Source: an uncultured Melioribacter sp.
GTDB taxonomy: Bacteria; Bacteroidota; Ignavibacteria; Kapaibacteriales; Kapaibacteriaceae
Reading direction: 5' to 3'
Length of the DNA: 64,000 nucleotides
Assembly: GCA_964484755.1 (NCBI GenBank)
Contig: CAZAGH010000003.1
Span: 15,157 to 79,156 of the forward strand
The position numbers and the translations under genes were made by a program. Under the pieces are notes generated by a model, which did no database searches, had not been told where the DNA came from, and saw nothing but the letters and a program-made list of their open reading frames with translations. How positions within the stretch are numbered: position 1 is the first letter of the stretch; every line of letters starts with the position of its first letter. Of the stretch, positions 58,907-64,000 are shown piece by piece.

Positions 58907-61900
58907 TTAGGTAGTGGCCATGAGGACCCACTTGCCCAGAGTACCAGAATAGATGAATGTTATCGACTGGTTGTTGCCGATCGTCTTGTTTGCTACGCCT
59001 AGAATGAGCTGGTTATTAGCTCCAGAACGACCATCCTCGTTTTGGAAGGTGATGTTCTTACTTGACTGGTTGATGATAATGATCACGCGACCGTTCGCAC
59101 CATTTGCAAAGCCAGTTATGTCGGAACCTTGGCTTGCATTCGTCATCCGGAAGAATGCGTGATCAGAAATATTAATGTTGTTGATTACAGTTCCGGCTCC
59201 GCGTAACAAGTCGATGTTAATCGCAGTACCCTCACCCAAAATCAACTGCTTAATGTTACCTGTTGGATTTTGTGGAACCCATTTATTCTGAGCCGCATCG
59301 TAGGCAAGAGCATCACCGTCATTAGGATTGAGGATAGGATCGACTGCAATACCCCCGATTGACGATGCTGTAGCTGTTACCGAAGCTGGCTTCCACGTCT
59401 GAGCAGTATTGTCCCATGTGAGAACCTGATTGTTCGTTGGTGCCGTTGCTGCAACCGCACGACCCTGCAATCCATCGACTGTCGGGTTTGGATAGGTGCC
59501 GTTTAGATCGCCACCGGCAGTGCCACCCGGAGTTACTCCTGTGATCGTAACGTTCTGTGCAGCAGTGATGCGGCCGTTAGCATCAACAGTGAATTGGCCT
59601 ACCTGTGTTGCCGAGCCGTATGTGGCTGCGGTAACGCCAGTCGTTGAAAGCTTTGCAGCTGTTACCGCACCGTCAGCAATAAGTGGGGCAGTGATAGCGC
59701 CTGTGGCAATGTCGCCTGTTGCGACCGCACCATCAACGATGTTGCTTGAGTTGATGGTGTTCGCAGCAATTGATGGGTTCGGATATGTTCCAGTGAGATC
59801 ACCACCAGCCGCTCCACCTGGAGTTACACCAGTGATCGTGATGTTGGCAGCCTGTGTCACGCGACCCTTTGAATCGACTGTGAACTGGCCAACCTGCGTT
59901 GCCGAGCCGTATTGTCCGAGGATTACACCTGAGTTCTCAAGCTTGTCGGCAGTTACAGATCCTGGAGCAAGCTTTGCAGCTGTTACAGAACCGTCAGCGA
60001 TCTTGGCGGTTGTGACAGCACCGTCGGTCAACTTGGCCGTTGATACTGCACCATCTGCAAGCTTAGCACCGGTGACGTTACCATCTTGGATTTTCGTCGT
60101 GGTAACAGCATTGTCGCCAAGTTTAGCCCCAGATACTGCGCCGTCAGCGAGCTTTGCAGTTGTGACGTTGCCATCTGCAATCTTCGCTGTCGTGACCGCA
60201 TTGTCAGCAAGGTCTACCGTTGCAACTGTTCCGTCGAGGATCATTGGCGATGTAACAGCACTGTTCGCGATGGTAGGGTTAGGATACGTTCCCGTCAGAG
60301 ACCCTCCAGCTGCGCCAGATGGTGCAACGCCAGAGATAGTAACGTTTTGAGCTGATGTGATTCGACCCTTTGAATCCACTGTGAACTGACCAACCTGTGT
60401 TGCAGAACCATACTGACCTGTGATCACACCGGAATCATCAAGTTTGTCCGGTGTAACTGAACCAGGTGCGAGCTTGGCGCTAGTGACTGAGCCATCGCCA
60501 AGCTTGGCTGTAGTAACAGCGCCATCGGCGAGCTTTGGTGTTGTGACGTTCCCATCGGCGATCTTCGGCGTCGTAACGGCGTTGTCAGCGAGCTTAGGGG
60601 TCGTAACGTTTCCATCAGCAATTTTTGGTGTTGTTACAGCATTATCAGCTAGATCGATCGTTGCCACTGTTCCGTCGAGGATCATTGGCGACGTTACAGC
60701 ACCCGTTGCGATAGTTGGGTTAGGGTAGGTGCCTGTGAGCGATCCACCAGCTGCGCCTGCAGGAGCAACACCTGCGATCGTGATGTTTGCGGCTTGGACA
60801 ACGCGACCCTTCGAATCGACAGTGAACTGTCCAACTTGTGTTGCTGAACCGTACTGTCCAACAATAACAGCGGTATTCTCCAGCTTGTCGCCAGTTACTG
60901 AACCAGGAGCGAGCTTCGCAGCCGTTACAGATGCGTCAGCAAGTTTTGCTGTTGTTACGTTACCGTCTTGAATCTTCGCCGTCGTTACGGCATTGTCTGC
61001 AAGCTTCGCATTCGTCACATTGCCATCGGCAATCTTCGGTGTTGTTACAGCATTGTCTGCAAGATCGACTGCCGCTACAGTGCCATCGAGAATCATACCT
61101 GATGTTACCGCACTCGGAGCAATGGATGGGTTAGGGTACGTGCCCGAGAGTGACCCACCAGCTGCACCACCTGGTGAAACGCCTGCAATAGTAATGTTCG
61201 CTGCTTGCGTTACACGCCCCTTAGAATCAACAGTGAACTGACCGACTTGCGTAGCAGAACCATACTGACCAACTACGACGGCTGTGTTCTCGAGCTTGTC
61301 TCCAGAGACTGCTCCTGGAGCGAGCTTATCTGCAGTAACAGATCCATCAGCCAGTTTTGCTGTTGTGACATTCCCATCTTGAATCTTTGCTGTTGTTACT
61401 GCATTGTCACCGAGTTTCGCATTCGTGACAGCGCCGTCTGCGAGCTTTGGAGTTGTGACATTAGCATCAGCAATCTTCGCTGTTGTAACGGCATTATCTG
61501 CCAGATCTACCGTAGCAACTGTACCATCAAGAATCATTGGTGATGTAACAGCGCCATTAGCGATTGATGGATTTGGATACGTTCCTGAGAGGGAACCACC
61601 GGCTGGTCCGGCTGGAGTAACTCCTGCGATTGTTACGTTTTGAGCCGACGTGATACGCCCTTTAGAATCGACTGTGAACTGACCAACCTGCGTGGCAGTA
61701 CCGTATGTACCGGCAGGAACGCCTGAATTCTCAAGCTTATCAGCTGTGACCGATCCCGGAGCGAGCTTCGCGGCAGTGACCGAGCCGTCGGCGATCTTGT
61801 TTGTTGTAACTGCGCCGTCAGCAAGCTTCGCTGCCGTCACGCTGCCGTCTGTGATCTTATTCGTCGTGACGGCACCGTCTGCAAGCTTCGCGCCAGTTAC

Positions 61901-64000
61901 GTTGCCATCCTGGATCTTTGCCGTCGTAACAGCACCATCAGCAAGCTTAGCAGCTGTCACATTTCCGTCGAGAATTTTTTGCGTTGTTACAGCATTGTCT
62001 GCAAGGTCTGCTGCAGAAACTGTACCGTCCTGAATCATTGATGAGTTGACTGCATTCGGAGCAATTGATGGGTTGGGATATGTTCCTGATAGGGAGCCGC
62101 CGGCTGGGCCACCTGGAGCGACACCACTGATTGTGATGTTTGCAGCCTGCGTAACGCGGCCCTTTGAGTCAACAGTAAACTGACCCACTTGTGTTGCCGA
62201 ACCGTATTGGCCGAGCACAACGCCTGAGTTTTCCAGCTTGTCTGCAGTGACCGAACCAGGGGCTAATTTGGCTGCCGTAACTGATCCGTCTGCCAACTTG
62301 TTCGTTGTAACTGCACCGTCAGCAAGCTTAGCCGTAGAAACAGCACCATCGGCGAGCTTTGCACCTGTGACGTTTCCATCTGCAATTTTAGTTGTTGTTA
62401 CTGCGTTGTCTGCGAGGTCTGCAGCAGATACGGTTCCGTCTTCGATCATCATTGAGCTAACTGCACTCGGGGCAATTGTTGGGTTCGGATATGATCCTGT
62501 GAGTGAACCACCAGCCGGGCCACCGGGTGTTACACCAGTGATCGTCACATTTTGTGCAGCCGTGATGCGACCCTTCGAGTCCACTGTGAATTGTCCAACT
62601 TGAGTTGCGTTACCATACGTTCCTGCACCCACGGCTGTATTGGCGAGCTTTTCTGCCGTGACAGCACCATCGGAAAGCTTTGAAGAGCCCACAGCGCCAT
62701 CAGCAAGTTTGGCAGCGGTTACTGCGCCATCAGCAAGCTTCTGTGTGCCGATTGCGTTATCTGCAAGCTTCGGGCCAGTAACTGAACCGTCCTGGAGTTT
62801 CATTGTTGAAACTGCGTTGTCAGCCAACTTCTGATTTGTCACGTTGCCATCGGCGATCTTCGTTGTTGTAACCGCATTATCAACGATGAGTTCGTTAGTG
62901 ATCGTGTTTGGTGCAATATCAACCGTAGCGATTGTGCCGTTAAGGATCTTGGCAGATGTTATGGCATCTGGAGCTATCAGGGGATTAGGATATGTCCCTG
63001 TTAGGTCGCCACCAGCAGCACCGACAGGGGGCATGCCCGCGATCGTGACGTTTTGAGCTGAAACGATGCGTCCCTTTGCGTCGACAGTGAACTGTCCAAC
63101 TTGCGTTGGAGAACCATACGTACCAACTCCAACACCGCTGTTCTCAAGTTTAGCAGCTGTGATTGCTCCGTCAGCGATCTTCTGAGCTGTTACAGCAAAG
63201 TCGGCAATCTTTGGTGTGGTTACAGCACCGTTGGCAAGATCAATGTCCTGGATTGTTCCATCAAGGATCTTCGTTGATGTTACCTTACCTGTGCCAATGG
63301 TTGGATTCGGGAACGAGCCTTCAAGGTCGCCACCTGCGATAAGTCCGCCAGGTGCAATCGTGACGTCAACCTCACGAATGTTCGTTATGCGTCCAGCCTG
63401 ATCGACGGTAAACTGTGGGACCTTTGATGACGCGCCATATGTAGACGGGAATATCGCCGGCATGGTCGACATCTTCGTGCTCGTAATCGCTCCGTCGGCA
63501 ACTTTCGGTGTCGTTACTGCGTCATTTGCCATATCCTGAGTCTTCACTTCACCATCCTTGATTTTAGGACTGGTGACCGCATCATCAGCAAGGTCGACTG
63601 TGTTGACGTCACCGTCTTTGATTGCGGCACTCGTAACCGCATCGTTCGCGATCTTGGGAGCGGTAATGGCTCCGTCCGCGATGTTTACTGTCGTTGCCGC
63701 ACCTGGAGCGAGCTTAGCAGCTGTTATAGAGCCATTAGGAATCTTGTCTGCCGTAACTGCGCCATCGCGAATAGTCGGATTTGGGTAGGTGCCTGTAAGG
63801 TCACCACCTGCGGCTCCGCCTGGGCTAACCCCTGAGATCGGAACTTGTCCTGCGCGAACTACACGGCCCTGCGGGTCAATCGTGATCACGGCCGACTCTG
63901 TGGCAGATCCGAACGGACCTATAACGCCGGGGTGAATCTCTTCGAGTTCATCTGCACCAACAGTGTTTGGCCTCAATGTGAGGTTCATACTATCCAAGCT
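58907..64000 (-). CDS. Module B gene 1: giant repeat protein, fibre-like; the N-terminus lies outside the window
   Basis: The frame stays open to base 64000. The first residues in the window align with residues ~250 onward of giant 1. There are 11 repeat modules and the same 189-aa C-terminal domain. Confidence 0.85.
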   Translation of the reverse strand, partial: SLDSMNLTLRPNTVGADELEEIHPGVIGPFGSATESAVITIDPQGRVVRAGQVPISGVSPGGAAGGDLTGTYPNPTIRDGAVTADKIPNGSITAAKLAPGAATTVNIADGAITAPKIANDAVTSAAIKDGDVNTVDLADDAVTSPKIKDGEVKTQDMANDAVTTPKVADGAITSTKMSTMPAIFPSTYGASSKVPQFTVDQAGRITNIREVDVTIAPGGLIAGGDLEGSFPNPTIGTGKVTSTKILDGTIQDIDLANGAVTTPKIADFAVTAQKIADGAITAAKLENSGVGVGTYGSPTQVGQFTVDAKGRIVSAQNVTIAGMPPVGAAGGDLTGTYPNPLIAPDAITSAKILNGTIATVDIAPNTITNELIVDNAVTTTKIADGNVTNQKLADNAVSTMKLQDGSVTGPKLADNAIGTQKLADGAVTAAKLADGAVGSSKLSDGAVTAEKLANTAVGAGTYGNATQVGQFTVDSKGRITAAQNVTITGVTPGGPAGGSLTGSYPNPTIAPSAVSSMMIEDGTVSAADLADNAVTTTKIADGNVTGAKLADGAVSTAKLADGAVTTNKLADGSVTAAKLAPGSVTADKLENSGVVLGQYGSATQVGQFTVDSKGRVTQAANITISGVAPGGPAGGSLSGTYPNPSIAPNAVNSSMIQDGTVSAADLADNAVTTQKILDGNVTAAKLADGAVTTAKIQDGNVTGAKLADGAVTTNKITDGSVTAAKLADGAVTTNKIADGSVTAAKLAPGSVTADKLENSGVPAGTYGTATQVGQFTVDSKGRITSAQNVTIAGVTPAGPAGGSLSGTYPNPSIANGAVTSPMILDGTVATVDLADNAVTTAKIADANVTTPKLADGAVTNAKLGDNAVTTAKIQDGNVTTAKLADGSVTADKLAPGAVSGDKLENTAVVVGQYGSATQVGQFTVDSKGRVTQAANITIAGVSPGGAAGGSLSGTYPNPSIAPSAVTSGMILDGTVAAVDLADNAVTTPKIADGNVTNAKLADNAVTTAKIQDGNVTTAKLADASVTAAKLAPGSVTGDKLENTAVIVGQYGSATQVGQFTVDSKGRVVQAANITIAGVAPAGAAGGSLTGTYPNPTIATGAVTSPMILDGTVATIDLADNAVTTPKIADGNVTTPKLADNAVTTPKIADGNVTTPKLADGAVTTAKLGDGSVTSAKLAPGSVTPDKLDDSGVITGQYGSATQVGQFTVDSKGRITSAQNVTISGVAPSGAAGGSLTGTYPNPTIANSAVTSPMILDGTVATVDLADNAVTTAKIADGNVTTAKLADGAVSGAKLGDNAVTTTKIQDGNVTGAKLADGAVSTAKLTDGAVTTAKIADGSVTAAKLAPGSVTADKLENSGVILGQYGSATQVGQFTVDSKGRVTQAANITITGVTPGGAAGGDLTGTYPNPSIAANTINSSNIVDGAVATGDIATGAITAPLIADGAVTAAKLSTTGVTAATYGSATQVGQFTVDANGRITAAQNVTITGVTPGGTAGGDLNGTYPNPTVDGLQGRAVAATAPTNNQVLTWDNTAQTWKPASVTATASSIGGIAVDPILNPNDGDALAYDAAQNKWVPQNPTGNIKQLILGEGTAINIDLLRGAGTVINNINISDHAFFRMTNASQGSDITGFANGANGRVIIIINQSSKNITFQNEDGRSGANNQLILGVANKTIGNNQSITFIYSGTLGKWVLMATT
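59477..64000 (-). repeat. Coding repeat array of giant protein 2: modules of 87+10k residues with expanded decapeptide runs
   Basis: Hand-counted spacings between (Y/F)PNP motifs are 158, 107, 167, 137, 167, 147, 137, 147, 167, 97. Confidence 0.85.

Noticed and set aside
59496-63788. Long plus-strand ORFs antisense to giant gene 2 (for example 59496..60350 at 284 aa, 60420..60728, 61692..62033, 62238..62603)
   Set aside because: The reasoning is the same as for giant gene 1: they are a compositional artefact of the repeat array on the opposite strand.
50181-64000. A prophage remnant, suggested by the tail-fibre-like repeat proteins next to icd (icd is a phage attachment site in E. coli)
   Set aside because: There are no integrase, capsid, terminase, baseplate or lysis genes. 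The giant protein has a Sec signal peptide. Its partners are a T9SS cargo protein and an outer-membrane barrel. The locus lies at the 5' side of icd rather than its 3' end. A cellular surface structure fits better, although distant ancestry shared with phage fibres remains possible.
51940-64000. A CRISPR array or non-coding tandem DNA repeats
   Set aside because: The periodicity is 30 nt and 261+30k nt, within one continuous open reading frame. The copies diverge at synonymous sites, and there is no repeat-spacer architecture.

Overview
The window looks like a chromosomal segment from a member of the FCB superphylum (Bacteroidota / Ignavibacteriota / Chlorobiota-like). Two things support this: at least five proteins end in a T9SS type-A C-terminal sorting domain, and the primary sigma factor is the short 287-aa form that lacks region 1.1. 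Bases 1-50150 are mostly housekeeping genes. They include kdsD-like, purM, recQ, mpl, trmD-rimM, rpoD, ctp, glyQS, dsbD, panC, ilvE, recG, queE, tRNA-Ser(UGA), a 3-hydroxyanthranilate dioxygenase/ACMSD pair, ftsQAZ, speB, dapD, a DEAD-box helicase and icd. Several large secreted T9SS cargo proteins are interspersed among them. I found no transposase, integrase, CRISPR array or rRNA. The unusual part is 50181-64000, on the minus strand. It holds two tandem paralogous three-gene modules, each encoding three products. The first is a giant fibre-like protein (more than 1600 aa) built from 87-residue modules that lengthen in exact 10-residue steps and ending in a highly conserved 189-aa C-terminal domain. 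The second is a roughly 300-aa protein with a T9SS type-A tail. The third is a roughly 300-aa predicted beta-barrel outer-membrane protein that starts in an ATGA overlap with the second gene. One of the two barrel proteins also carries a striking HxH histidine-rich N-terminal tract. I could not place this trio in a characterised system by eye, and it is my main candidate for something undescribed. All assignments come from motif recognition in the supplied translations. No database search was possible.
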